From: Candidatus Zixiibacteriota bacterium
GTDB lineage: Bacteria > Zixibacteria > MSB-5A5 > UBA10806 > 4484-95
DNA length: 64,000 nucleotides
NCBI GenBank assembly: GCA_037441845.1
Contig: JBBIRK010000003.1
Span: 64,001 to 128,000 of the forward strand
Direction of reading: 5' to 3'
Made by a program: the position numbers and the translations under genes. The number at the start of each line of letters is the position of its first letter. The stretch's first letter is position 1. Shown piece after piece: positions 1 through 8,994 of the stretch. The notes under the pieces were generated by a model. It made no database searches. It was not told where the DNA came from and saw only the letters and a program-made list of their open reading frames with translations.

Positions 1-301
1 TGAGCTATCGACCTCACATTCTTTCCGAACCATCTTTAAAAATGAATTCCGTCAAGAAAAATCGACCATCTCCGAAGATAATTATATTGTACATGTCCGA
101 CAGTGCCTCAGACGCCGGCACAAACACCCACGAGGATGTCTAACCCCTTGTGTGGCATGAAAATTACGCGACTCTCCAGCAAGCCTCTTGCTTTTTGCGC
201 AATGACCCATTTCAGATCGTCACCGCAAGCCGCGCGATCATCGATTACCCGGATACAGACTTGCCGAATCAGTATTCGATATAATTTTTTTTCAAAAATA
301 C

Positions 302-330
302 TTGACAATTTGATGCGCCAATGTTATAAA
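302..330 (+). promoter_or_regulatory. sigma70-type promoter upstream of lipoprotein gene
   Basis: TTGACA (302-307), 17 nt spacer, then TATAAA (325-330) preceded by TGn (extended -10). Confidence 0.7.
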
Positions 331-530
331 TCAGCCCGTTTATTGGATGCGCGTTGATACTGAATGTTTCGGATTTGTGAAATAGACCTGTTGAGAATGT
401 AGCGCTGCATTGTCGGCTGCTGGTTTAGCTTAGAGAAAATAATCAACCACCAATGCGAATGGATAAGGCGGAGTTAACCCGCACTGTCCTTTTTTTTAGT
501 CCGAATCGATCGGACGGAAAGGAAAAACAA

Positions 531-1121
531 ATGCTCAAACGTGTGATGATGGTCCTGGCGGTGGCAACGCTGATGCTGGTTGTTGGATGCGCCAAACCGC
601 CTGAGGCCGAAATCCAGAAGGCAAACACCGCTATCGATGCGGCCAGAACGGCGGAAGCCGAAACTTATGCCCCGGCGGCCTACAAAACCGCAATGGACAC
701 CTTGAACGCAGCCAACTCAGCCAAGACGGAAGCTGACGGCAAATTTGCCTTGTTCAGAAGTTACTCGAAGGCGAAAGAGCTGTATGTCCGGGCTGAAATG
801 CTGGCCAACGACGCCGTAACTCAGGCACAGGCCGAAAAAGAAAGAGTGAAGGCCGAAGTCACTCAGATGCTGGTTGATGTCAAAGCCGTCATTGATTCCG
901 CTCAGGTTGCTTTCAAGAAAGCTCCTCGCGGCAAAGGCAGCAAAGCAGATCTGGCGATGATTCAAACCGATCTTGATGCGGTGACTACCGCTTATGCCGG
1001 CGCTGAAGCGGATTTCAATAATGGCGCTTATGCCTCGGCCAAGGCCAAATTGGAAAATACGGTCCAGAAGGCCAGAGCCATTATTTCGGAAATCGCGGCC
1101 GCATCGTCGAAAAAGAAATAA
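531..1121 (+). CDS. Ala-rich alpha-helical lipoprotein (DUF4398-like), C-terminus ...SSKKK
   Basis: ATG at 531 after GGAAAGGA RBS; signal peptide with lipobox VVG-C; 'PPEAEIQKA..A..YAP..Y..A' pattern typical of DUF4398. Confidence 0.8.
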   Translation: MLKRVMMVLAVATLMLVVGCAKPPEAEIQKANTAIDAARTAEAETYAPAAYKTAMDTLNAANSAKTEADGKFALFRSYSKAKELYVRAEMLANDAVTQAQAEKERVKAEVTQMLVDVKAVIDSAQVAFKKAPRGKGSKADLAMIQTDLDAVTTAYAGAEADFNNGAYASAKAKLENTVQKARAIISEIAAASSKKK

Positions 1122-1190
1122 TTGCAATATTCGGATTTGCCGCAATAACGCATGCCTCATGTATTTTTAATGAGGTTCAATGATAGCCAC

Positions 1191-1221
1191 AAGGGCGCAG
1201 ATTTCTGCGCCCTTATTGTTG
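1191..1221 (+). terminator. putative intrinsic terminator after lipoprotein gene
   Basis: perfect 10-bp stem AAGGGCGCAG/CTGCGCCCTT with 4-nt loop; weak U tail. Confidence 0.6.
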
Positions 1222-1451
1222 ATAGTTGAAAATGCATTATTTTTCGCCATCGAAAGCGTATAATTAAACAATCTGCTTGATCGAAAATGGTTAAGACGGA
1301 CTTTCTGCGGAGCAATCGAGCGGGAATAAATGTGGCCAGGTTTGCCGACGCCGCACATCCACCTGATTGTTGCTTGTGCCGATATAATAATAATATGTTT
1401 TACCGGGAACGTTGATTTATAATTGGGTTGATTGCATCTTCTGTTTAGACC

Positions 1452-2534
1452 ATGGTAAAGTTGAAAAAACGAATCACTCACTGCTCGGCATGTGCAATAT
1501 GCGCCGCGTTATTGGTTTTCGCCTGCCAGCAGCCCCCGCTTCAATCGCTTGAATACGCCAAAAAGGAGCTCGCAGGCGCGGCCGATGCCGGCGCCGTAAA
1601 ATACGCCGAGAGCGATTATCGAAAGGCGGAGAGGTTAGTGGCCGATGGCTGGATGGAGCTGTCAAGGCAGAACGGGAGACTGTTTATATTGCGCAATTAC
1701 AAACTGGCCGATTCTCTGCTCAAGCAAGGAGCCGATATGGCCTTGACGGCACGAAAGAAAGCGGTAGATGAAATCCGTTTCCTCGACTCGTCTCTGACTT
1801 CTGATTTCAAGGAAATAAGATCCGCTCTCGATGATTGGCGTAGTTCGCTCGATGGTGCGCTCGTGCTTTATAGCGCCGAGCGCTATTGGACCCTGGCCGA
1901 ATTGGCATATTCCTCGGGTGTGCAACTTCTCGGCCAGAAAGAGTTCGAAGCCGCCCGCCAGGAAATAATTAAAATCAAAGTTTATATCGAGTCGATAGCA
2001 AGGGAGATGGCGGATTACGCCGAAGACGAAGCCAGAGAGTTAGCCGGCTGGCGTAATTGGGTAAAGGAGACTATAGCCCAATCAAGAGCCTCCGGAAAAA
2101 GCGCGATTATCGTTGATAAAAACGCTCACAAGTTATATCTTTTAAAAAACGGTAATATTCATAAAACGTTCAGGTGTGAACTCGGGTATAACTCATCGGG
2201 ACAAAAATATTTCGCCGGAGACGGCGCAACTCCCGAGGGTCGATACCGCGTGACCCAGATTCGTCACAACGGCAGCATCTATTATAAGGCGTTGATGCTC
2301 GATTACCCGAACGATGCCGATAGGAAACGGTTCGCGAAAAATAAGAGGCAAGGTATAATCGCCAAAAACGCCCGAATCGGCGGGCTTATCGAAATCCATG
2401 GCGATGGTGGCAGGAAAAGAGACTGGACCAACGGGTGTGTCGCTCTGAAAAACAGCGATATGGATTCTCTTATACCCGAAGTCGAAGCCGGAACGCCGGT
2501 GACAATCGTCAGAAAATCCGATAGATGGCCATGA
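1452..2534 (+). CDS. lipoprotein with N-terminal DUF4398-like domain and C-terminal YkuD L,D-transpeptidase-family domain (YafK/DpaA-like)
   Basis: lipobox-like VFA-C; GQKYFAGDGATPEGRY motif; catalytic IEIHG...WTNGCVAL. Confidence 0.85.
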   Translation: MVKLKKRITHCSACAICAALLVFACQQPPLQSLEYAKKELAGAADAGAVKYAESDYRKAERLVADGWMELSRQNGRLFILRNYKLADSLLKQGADMALTARKKAVDEIRFLDSSLTSDFKEIRSALDDWRSSLDGALVLYSAERYWTLAELAYSSGVQLLGQKEFEAARQEIIKIKVYIESIAREMADYAEDEARELAGWRNWVKETIAQSRASGKSAIIVDKNAHKLYLLKNGNIHKTFRCELGYNSSGQKYFAGDGATPEGRYRVTQIRHNGSIYYKALMLDYPNDADRKRFAKNKRQGIIAKNARIGGLIEIHGDGGRKRDWTNGCVALKNSDMDSLIPEVEAGTPVTIVRKSDRWP

Positions 2535-3157
2535 AATTCATAATCAAGTCGCTTTCGATATTAGCCATAATCGGCATAACCTCATTGCTGGCGGTTAAAT
2601 TTCTGGGCAAGAAAGAATCCCCATTCGGCCTGAAACTGATTAATCTCCCTTCGCAGCCGAAAGCCGCCCAGAAGGCGATCGCCGATTCGAGACTCGCCTT
2701 ATCCAAAATGAGACCGGCAGGGCTTTATATAGTTATCGATACCCATGCCAACAAGCTGTCGCTCAGGAAAGACGATCGAATCCTCTTGCAGGCGGAGTGC
2801 TCCACCGGTTCAGGCGGTGAACTGATTGACTCCACGACCGGCAGAAGATGGGTTTTCAACACCCCGCGCGGCATTTTCAAGGTCAACAGCAAACTTGCCC
2901 AACCGTGGTGGAGGAAGCCGGATTGGGCGTTTATCGAGGAAAACGAGGAAATCCCCAAGAACGAAAAAGAAAGATATGATCCGGAAATGCTCGGTGACTA
3001 TGCTCTCGGTTTCGGTGACGGATATTTCATCCACGGAACCATATACGAGCGACTGCTGGGTGTAAGCGTGACTCACGGATGCGTCAGACTTGGCTCGGAG
3101 GATTTGAAAAAAGTATATGACAAGGTGCCGATCGGCACGCCAGTATATATATTTTGA
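2531..3157 (+). CDS. L,D-transpeptidase (YkuD/ErfK family), N-terminal membrane anchor
   Basis: TPRG motif, P.W..PDW, YFIHGT...VTHGCVRL catalytic His/Cys; ATGA overlap with upstream gene. Confidence 0.9.
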   Translation: MKFIIKSLSILAIIGITSLLAVKFLGKKESPFGLKLINLPSQPKAAQKAIADSRLALSKMRPAGLYIVIDTHANKLSLRKDDRILLQAECSTGSGGELIDSTTGRRWVFNTPRGIFKVNSKLAQPWWRKPDWAFIEENEEIPKNEKERYDPEMLGDYALGFGDGYFIHGTIYERLLGVSVTHGCVRLGSEDLKKVYDKVPIGTPVYIF

Positions 3158-3158
3158 T

Positions 3159-3854
3159 ATGCTGAGAAATGTAAAATCGGTGGGACTGCCTGCAATCGTT
3201 CTGCTGTTCGGCCTGGCACTTTTTTATTTAGGCCGTGCGATCGCCGCCGACGCCGATAAATCGAAAAGTAAGCAGAATAAAGCTGTCTCAAGCGCCCCCT
3301 CGCAGCGTGATTACGACCTTCTTCAATCGGAACTGCACCTGGCCAAATCCGGCAGATTGTATATGGTATTCGATTTTAGGAAGCGGGAGCTGCAATTGAA
3401 AATGAAGGCGGCGGTCGTATGGAATTATCACCTGGACTCGGCTTCGGTGACCGATGAGCAAATGCAAGCGTTCGCCGAAAGATTTATCGGCGATCAAAAG
3501 CAATATATCAGACCGATTTCGGGGAAACATCTTTTCGCCGCCGACAAAAAGACGCCGGATTCGGTTCTGGCGATAGTCGGCAAGGCCGTCAATATTGATC
3601 CCGAATTGCTGCAACGGGAAGTGCCCGAGCGGTTCCAGCTGAGATGGGGTGGAGGCACGCTGCTTGAAGTTCATACCGATGTCGAGGGGAAACCCAAGGC
3701 TCCGCTGAAAAATGTTCTGATTCAAGTGGGACAGGTGCTTGCCAAACCTTTCGGCGAAAGCTCTCTTGAGATCACCGCTCCGGCGGAACAGGCTCTTACC
3801 TTATACAGAGCAACCTCGGTGGGATTGCCGACGATGGTTTATCCGGCACGCTGA
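3159..3854 (+). CDS. exported hypothetical protein, probable degenerate YkuD-fold protein
   Basis: starts right after the LDT stop; N-terminal hydrophobic segment; LYMVFD..RELQL and LY....VG.P.MVY resemble the ends of a YkuD domain; the protein contains no Cys. Confidence 0.65.
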   Translation: MLRNVKSVGLPAIVLLFGLALFYLGRAIAADADKSKSKQNKAVSSAPSQRDYDLLQSELHLAKSGRLYMVFDFRKRELQLKMKAAVVWNYHLDSASVTDEQMQAFAERFIGDQKQYIRPISGKHLFAADKKTPDSVLAIVGKAVNIDPELLQREVPERFQLRWGGGTLLEVHTDVEGKPKAPLKNVLIQVGQVLAKPFGESSLEITAPAEQALTLYRATSVGLPTMVYPAR

Positions 3855-3897
3855 TAATTTCGGCCCGAAATACTCGGCCTGTTTTTATAAGCCATGA

Positions 3898-5544
3898 TTA
3901 TTCCGAAGAAATCTTCCAATAATCGGGTAGATCGAAACGTGCGTCCATCTCCTCGACGTATTTCAAATCCTTTCTGATCCAGAATTCATGGCCGTGACCT
4001 TTGAGGTGGACATAATTATAATTGCCGGCGATATGATCGTAAATTTCATCAGCAGTATATGGAACCGAAGTCATCGGCGTGAATGCGAAAAAAAACATGA
4101 TAGGTTTTATTCGGCAATCGGTCGAATCGATCACGGCTGAAATCGCGAAGATGTCGGGGTTTTTATTCATAACGTAACGCATATCCGATCTTTCATGGCC
4201 GGAACCTCCACGATAGCGGACCCCGTTGCGGGCGATATGTTTATCCACCAACCCGCACATGTCGATAATATAAGCGTTCGAATAATATCCGAGTGCGCCG
4301 ATCGCCGAAGCGGCTATTTTCAGATCGGGATGGAGTTTCCGCATCTCGTTAAAATACCTGCTTAGACTGACCCATTTGATTTTCTCTATCTTTTCGGTCT
4401 TGATCATCTCACTGGTGGGGCTTAGAGTATAGAGCAGCCCGCTTTGCACACCGCTTAAAAGCATCAAGGCAATCGCAACCGACAAAATTACTCTATTTCG
4501 TCCGACTCGCGACACGATCCAGATTATGCCGGCCGCATTCAAGATCATGATAAGCGGAACCACCGGCACCATGAACCGCGAATACACCATCCAATCACCG
4601 GAGCTCAATATATTGAAAATGATATACGCGCTTATCACGACGATCAGCGCTTGAATTTCGGTTTTTCCGATGAAGCTGATTGCGAAAACAACAGCCGGAG
4701 CGAAATAAAATATCCCGCCGCCGAAAGCGAAAAATTTCAACAGATGATAAACACCTCGGGCCAGAAAATAAGGTTCGATCGGAACCTGTTTGGCGTAAAA
4801 GGTATTAGGCAGCCAATCTCCGTAATAGCTTGATCGCCAAAGAGCATGGATTCCGACAATCAGCAAGACGGGCACAAGAAACGAGAGGATTCGTTCATAA
4901 CCCCCGCTTTGTTTCGATCTTATGCAACGATAAATTTCGTAGCCGATTACTGCCGCCGCAAAGAAAACGCCCGCGGGATGGGTCAAAATCAGCGCACCGC
5001 CGATAATTCCTGTCGCCCAAAGTTTACGATTCAACGAATTCAAATAGGCCAACAGGCCGAGGCTAAGCAAGAAGCCATGCAGGGCTGTCTCCATCCCTGA
5101 TTGAAAATGCATCCCATAATCCACCCGGCCGGCAAGCAGAAAGATCGCCAATGCCCCGACCTGTCCGGCGGTTCCGAAAAGCCGCCTTCCAATCAGCAGC
5201 ATCACCACCATGGTTCCCAACGCGGCCGCCAGACTGAAAATTTTCGCCGCGGTCAAGATGTCGGCGCCCGACTTCCCGGTCAATCCGAGGATCATTACCC
5301 AAACGAACGATGAGTAACCCTCGACCCGCTCGCCGATATTGAACACCAAACCATTGCCTTGGGCGAAATTCTTGGCGTAACGGAAGAAAATATATCCATC
5401 ATCTATCGTTATCCTCCATATCGCCATATGCAAGACCAGCAGCAATCCGCTCAATATCAGGGCCGCCGCAACCGACGATTTGCGATTGAAAAGAGGTACC
5501 GGCTCGAAAAGAGTATTCGTGTCCGACCTGATCATCGAGTCCAT
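3898..5544 (-). CDS. multi-pass membrane protein, GT-C-type glycosyltransferase-like (start uncertain, 5544-5571)
   Basis: DDGYIFFRYA.N...G.G.VFN.GE.VEGYSS loop after the first TM helix; PNTFYAK and GDWM..SRF motifs; many TM helices. Confidence 0.7.
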   Translation of the reverse strand: MDSMIRSDTNTLFEPVPLFNRKSSVAAALILSGLLLVLHMAIWRITIDDGYIFFRYAKNFAQGNGLVFNIGERVEGYSSFVWVMILGLTGKSGADILTAAKIFSLAAALGTMVVMLLIGRRLFGTAGQVGALAIFLLAGRVDYGMHFQSGMETALHGFLLSLGLLAYLNSLNRKLWATGIIGGALILTHPAGVFFAAAVIGYEIYRCIRSKQSGGYERILSFLVPVLLIVGIHALWRSSYYGDWLPNTFYAKQVPIEPYFLARGVYHLLKFFAFGGGIFYFAPAVVFAISFIGKTEIQALIVVISAYIIFNILSSGDWMVYSRFMVPVVPLIMILNAAGIIWIVSRVGRNRVILSVAIALMLLSGVQSGLLYTLSPTSEMIKTEKIEKIKWVSLSRYFNEMRKLHPDLKIAASAIGALGYYSNAYIIDMCGLVDKHIARNGVRYRGGSGHERSDMRYVMNKNPDIFAISAVIDSTDCRIKPIMFFFAFTPMTSVPYTADEIYDHIAGNYNYVHLKGHGHEFWIRKDLKYVEEMDARFDLPDYWKISSE

Positions 5545-5627
5545 TATATTGCGGGAAAATCGCGTTGGCAAGCCGCTGTTTGAGATCTATGACGAAAGCG
5601 ATTCTGATTTGCGGCCCGTGAAGATGG

Positions 5628-6284
5628 TTATGGAGTAGTTTTCTCCGTCTCGAACTGCCTTATTTCGGTGCCGAGGGTGTTGGCCAAAGAAAGCGTTATG
5701 GATTGAATTTCCTTGGCGGCTTTTTCTATTTTTTTGAGTTTCGCCTGCACCCCGGCATTCATCCCCTTGGAATCGCTTAGAAGAAGCTGGCTGTTGCCCA
5801 GAATAGTCATGAGAGTGTCGTTGATCCGATGACTGCTTTCGAGGGTCAAGTCGGCGATCTTTTTATCGAATCCCGCCCGTTTCAACTGATTGCGCAGGTT
5901 GTCGATTTCCCTTGTCAATCTTCTGATTCGCAGGCTGTCCTTGACGGCCAGGACGATGGCGTTTAGGGAAGGGGTGACCAATTGCGTCACCAGGCCGTTA
6001 TCCAGGTATTCCGGAGATTTTTCTCCACGCCGCCCGGCGCCTTTGATCAAGATTGCCGGCAAAGGCCCCACTGCATTGACTATCAATGAGTAGATTTCCG
6101 CCGCTCTAGCCTCGGCCAAAGTATCGCTGATTATCACCAGCTCCGGCGGCGCCTTTTTGGCCTCTGCAAGGGCATCGAGAGCCGAGGTTCTGGTAATTAC
6201 TCGATAACTTCCGAGGACCTCTTCGAGCTTCTCTTTGATCTTACTGCTCTGCGATTTTTTATTATCTATAATCAGGATATTCAT
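5628..6284 (-). CDS. receiver-like domain plus HisKA-like dimerisation domain, no ATPase domain
   Basis: MNILIIDN... receiver start after AGGTGA RBS; coiled coil; H-box-like SHRINDTLMTILGNSQLL. Confidence 0.7.
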   Translation of the reverse strand: MNILIIDNKKSQSSKIKEKLEEVLGSYRVITRTSALDALAEAKKAPPELVIISDTLAEARAAEIYSLIVNAVGPLPAILIKGAGRRGEKSPEYLDNGLVTQLVTPSLNAIVLAVKDSLRIRRLTREIDNLRNQLKRAGFDKKIADLTLESSHRINDTLMTILGNSQLLLSDSKGMNAGVQAKLKKIEKAAKEIQSITLSLANTLGTEIRQFETEKTTP

Positions 6285-6376
6285 GATCACCTGAATGATT
6301 ATCGTCATCGCTGCTGCGATTTATTATCCGGCAAGTCGGCGGCGGATATCGCTTGTTTCAGTCTGGATAATGCCGT

Positions 6377-8002
6377 TCATGGCCTGACCACGGCGAACTT
6401 CTTGATCTGAACACCAATAGCGGTTTTAAGATAGGCTATATAGATTCCGGAGGCGATATTTACATCGTCATCGCCGAAATTCCAGCGCCAAGAAACCGTA
6501 TCCGTGGAGACCGTGCCGCTGAAACTTGTCACCCGGTCGCCCACGGCCGAGTATATGGTAAGTTCAGCTCGAGAGTTGCTGGGAGCTATAAAACTGAATG
6601 TTACATTTTCCGTAGATGGATTCGGCCATATTTGAAAAGGACTTTCCGCCGGCGGCGGCGGCGAGTGCATATCGAAAAAGCGGGCGATTCCCCAGCCATA
6701 GTCGTTATTTGGGGATACGCTGTTGGAAGCGGTGTTTTTCAGCTTATCGAAAATGGTATCGAGATTCCAATCCGGATGAGCCTGTAATATGAGGGCAATA
6801 CCGCCCGCGATCAAAGGCGTGGCAAGGGAGGTTCCATTTGACGACATGTACCCGTCGTTGCTGTAATTTGCACACCAGACCGAGACCCCTTGGGCCATGA
6901 CATCCGGCTTTATACGGCCGTCGGCGGTTGGACCTGGAGAGGAGAATGCGGCCAACGCTCCGTTCGGAAATACGGCCCCGACGGCGATCACGTCCGGGCC
7001 GTCGGCAGGAGGTATAAGCGTCCCCCAGGAGGTAGTCCTTTCGTTTCCCGCTGCATTGACGACGACAATTCCCAACTGTGCCGCCGCCTGGGCGGCCACG
7101 GTTATGGCGCAACTGGCGCCATCGAGTTGCTGTTGCTGATACCAATCGATATACCCTAAGGAACTCGAGATGATATCGACACCGATTGAATCCATCCATT
7201 CGGCGGCCGCAATCCAGTTGTCTTCCTCTGCCGGCACTTCAAGATTGGCAATCTCGGTTTTCGCCAAGACATAACTTGCACCATAGGCAGCGCCGATCAA
7301 TGTTCCCGGGGCGTAGCCTCCGATCACCGAAAGAACCGCCGTACCGTGGAATTGCTGACCGTTGGCCGTATCTTCCACATTCTCATCGTCATTGATAAAG
7401 TCATATGTGGCCACAATCCTGTTGTCGGAAATAATATCGGCGAATGCCGGGTGGTGAAGATCGAACCCGGTATCCATGATCCCCACCAATAAAGATTCCC
7501 CCGTCAAGCCGATATCATGAAGTCTATCAATTTGACACAGTCTTATTTGGCTGCTCGAAAGGCCATAATCATGGAGCAGATATTCGTCGAGCAAGTTGTC
7601 CGGAGTGTATGTCTTGTGAAGTTCCAATCGTGATTTGCAAAATGTGGCCACCGGGACGATTCTTGCGACAAAGGGCAGGTCGGCGGCGGATTTCAGGGCG
7701 GCTGATTCGCCGCTTACGCTGACCGCATTGAGCCAGCGTGATCGGCGATATATTTTCAGGCCGAGCCTTGTCAACGCGCCGATATATTCTTCCGATGGGT
7801 TGGCGTCCCGATAATTGCTTGCTGCCGACTTTCCACGCGTCCGGCGGCGCTCCCGTGACCGCAAAGAGACCTCCATCGGATTACCATCGGCCTTGTCAGT
7901 GAAATATACCCAGTATTTATCCGGTGTCGCCGTGACCGCTATGTCGAATAAAAGTAACAGGATGAAGCCTGAAATCGGTATTAATCTACTCCGATTGTCC
8001 AT
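6377..8002 (-). CDS. S8 subtilisin-like serine peptidase with C-terminal T9SS/FlgD-like Ig domain (start uncertain, 8002-8017)
   Basis: catalytic triad motifs DTG, HGT and GTS(LATP); AAGN oxyanion motif; signal peptide; C-terminal WPNP...TIYS..G...SGIY. Confidence 0.92.
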   Translation of the reverse strand: MDNRSRLIPISGFILLLLFDIAVTATPDKYWVYFTDKADGNPMEVSLRSRERRRTRGKSAASNYRDANPSEEYIGALTRLGLKIYRRSRWLNAVSVSGESAALKSAADLPFVARIVPVATFCKSRLELHKTYTPDNLLDEYLLHDYGLSSSQIRLCQIDRLHDIGLTGESLLVGIMDTGFDLHHPAFADIISDNRIVATYDFINDDENVEDTANGQQFHGTAVLSVIGGYAPGTLIGAAYGASYVLAKTEIANLEVPAEEDNWIAAAEWMDSIGVDIISSSLGYIDWYQQQQLDGASCAITVAAQAAAQLGIVVVNAAGNERTTSWGTLIPPADGPDVIAVGAVFPNGALAAFSSPGPTADGRIKPDVMAQGVSVWCANYSNDGYMSSNGTSLATPLIAGGIALILQAHPDWNLDTIFDKLKNTASNSVSPNNDYGWGIARFFDMHSPPPPAESPFQIWPNPSTENVTFSFIAPSNSRAELTIYSAVGDRVTSFSGTVSTDTVSWRWNFGDDDVNIASGIYIAYLKTAIGVQIKKFAVVRP

Positions 8003-8010
8003 TTTAATCA

Positions 8011-8039
8011 TTGACAACAGCTAAGGGGACTATTATCCT
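8011..8039 (+). promoter_or_regulatory. sigma70-type promoter for ECF sigma gene
   Basis: TTGACA-17 nt-TATCCT, ending 24 nt before the ATG at 8064. Confidence 0.5.
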
Positions 8040-8063
8040 TCGAATAATTATCGGCGGAATGAT

Positions 8064-8666
8064 ATGGCTGGCGGCGGTTCAAATCAAGATAAAAAGAAGA
8101 AGTTCGAGGGGATATTCCTTCCCCTCATGGACAATCTTTATAACATTGCCATGAGAATGACTCGGAATTCCGCCGATGCGGAAGACCTGGTTCAGGAAAC
8201 TTACCTCAAGGCGTTTCGCTTTTTCGATCATTTCCAGGAGGGGACCAATGCCAGAGCTTGGATAATCACTATTTTGACCAATACATTTCGTACCAAGTAT
8301 CGTCGCCACCAGAAAGAACCGGCTTATGTGGATTTCGACTCGGTGGAAAATTTCTTTTTGGTTGACGAGATAAAACCGCGGATTCAGCCGGCCAACAAAT
8401 CGGAAGCGAGGGGGAGCGAGGCAATAACGGAGATTTTGAAGGCCTATGTTTCCGATGATATTATCAAGGCGCTCGAAAATGTTCCGGAACAATTCAGGCT
8501 GGCTGTATTGTTATCAGATGTCGAGAGATTCAATTATCAGGAGATTGCGGAAATAATCGGTACGAGCGTCGGCACGGTCAAGTCGAGGATTTTTCGGGGA
8601 AGGAAAATTCTGCAGAAACAGTTGCTTGATCTGGCCAAGGAGCGCGGAATCATTGGAAGCAAGTGA
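8064..8666 (+). CDS. ECF RNA polymerase sigma factor (SigR/SigH-like)
   Basis: DAEDLVQETYLKA region 2; GTN.RAW; YQEIAEI.G..VGTVKSRIFRGR region 4. Confidence 0.93.
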   Translation: MAGGGSNQDKKKKFEGIFLPLMDNLYNIAMRMTRNSADAEDLVQETYLKAFRFFDHFQEGTNARAWIITILTNTFRTKYRRHQKEPAYVDFDSVENFFLVDEIKPRIQPANKSEARGSEAITEILKAYVSDDIIKALENVPEQFRLAVLLSDVERFNYQEIAEIIGTSVGTVKSRIFRGRKILQKQLLDLAKERGIIGSK

Positions 8667-8893
8667 TGATCAAATGTGAAGAGGTATTGAGGCGGTTATA
8701 CGACTATATCGACCGTGAGCTTGACGATTCGTTGAAAAGCGAAATTGAAGAACATTTGAAACTCTGCAAATATTGCTGCCGCCATCACGATTTCGAGGTT
8801 CAATTGAAATCGCTGATCCGCCGCAGTTGTTTCGAGCGCAAGGCGCCCGAGTTCTTGAAAAACAAGATCAGCGATCTTTTGGAAGAATTATAG
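8663..8893 (+). CDS. zinc-binding anti-sigma factor (ZAS/zf-HC2, RsrA-like)
   Basis: N-terminal Cys plus HLKLCKYC (HxxxCxxC); overlaps the sigma stop codon. Confidence 0.9.
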   Translation: MMIKCEEVLRRLYDYIDRELDDSLKSEIEEHLKLCKYCCRHHDFEVQLKSLIRRSCFERKAPEFLKNKISDLLEEL

Positions 8894-8959
8894 AACCGAC
8901 CTAGCGAAGAGGGCGGTTATAAAATCACGTGCGCCGAATATAAGCTTCGATGATGCAGG

Positions 8960-8994
8960 TTCATCTACCGAAGGCCGTAGATGAATTGATTTTT
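8960..8994 (+). terminator. putative terminator of sigma/anti-sigma operon
   Basis: TTCATCTAC/GTAGATGAA stem followed by TTGATTTTT. Confidence 0.5.

Noticed and set aside
103..357. Short ORFs 103-357 (+) and 108-308 (-)
   Set aside because: No recognisable motifs or RBS; they overlap a clear promoter
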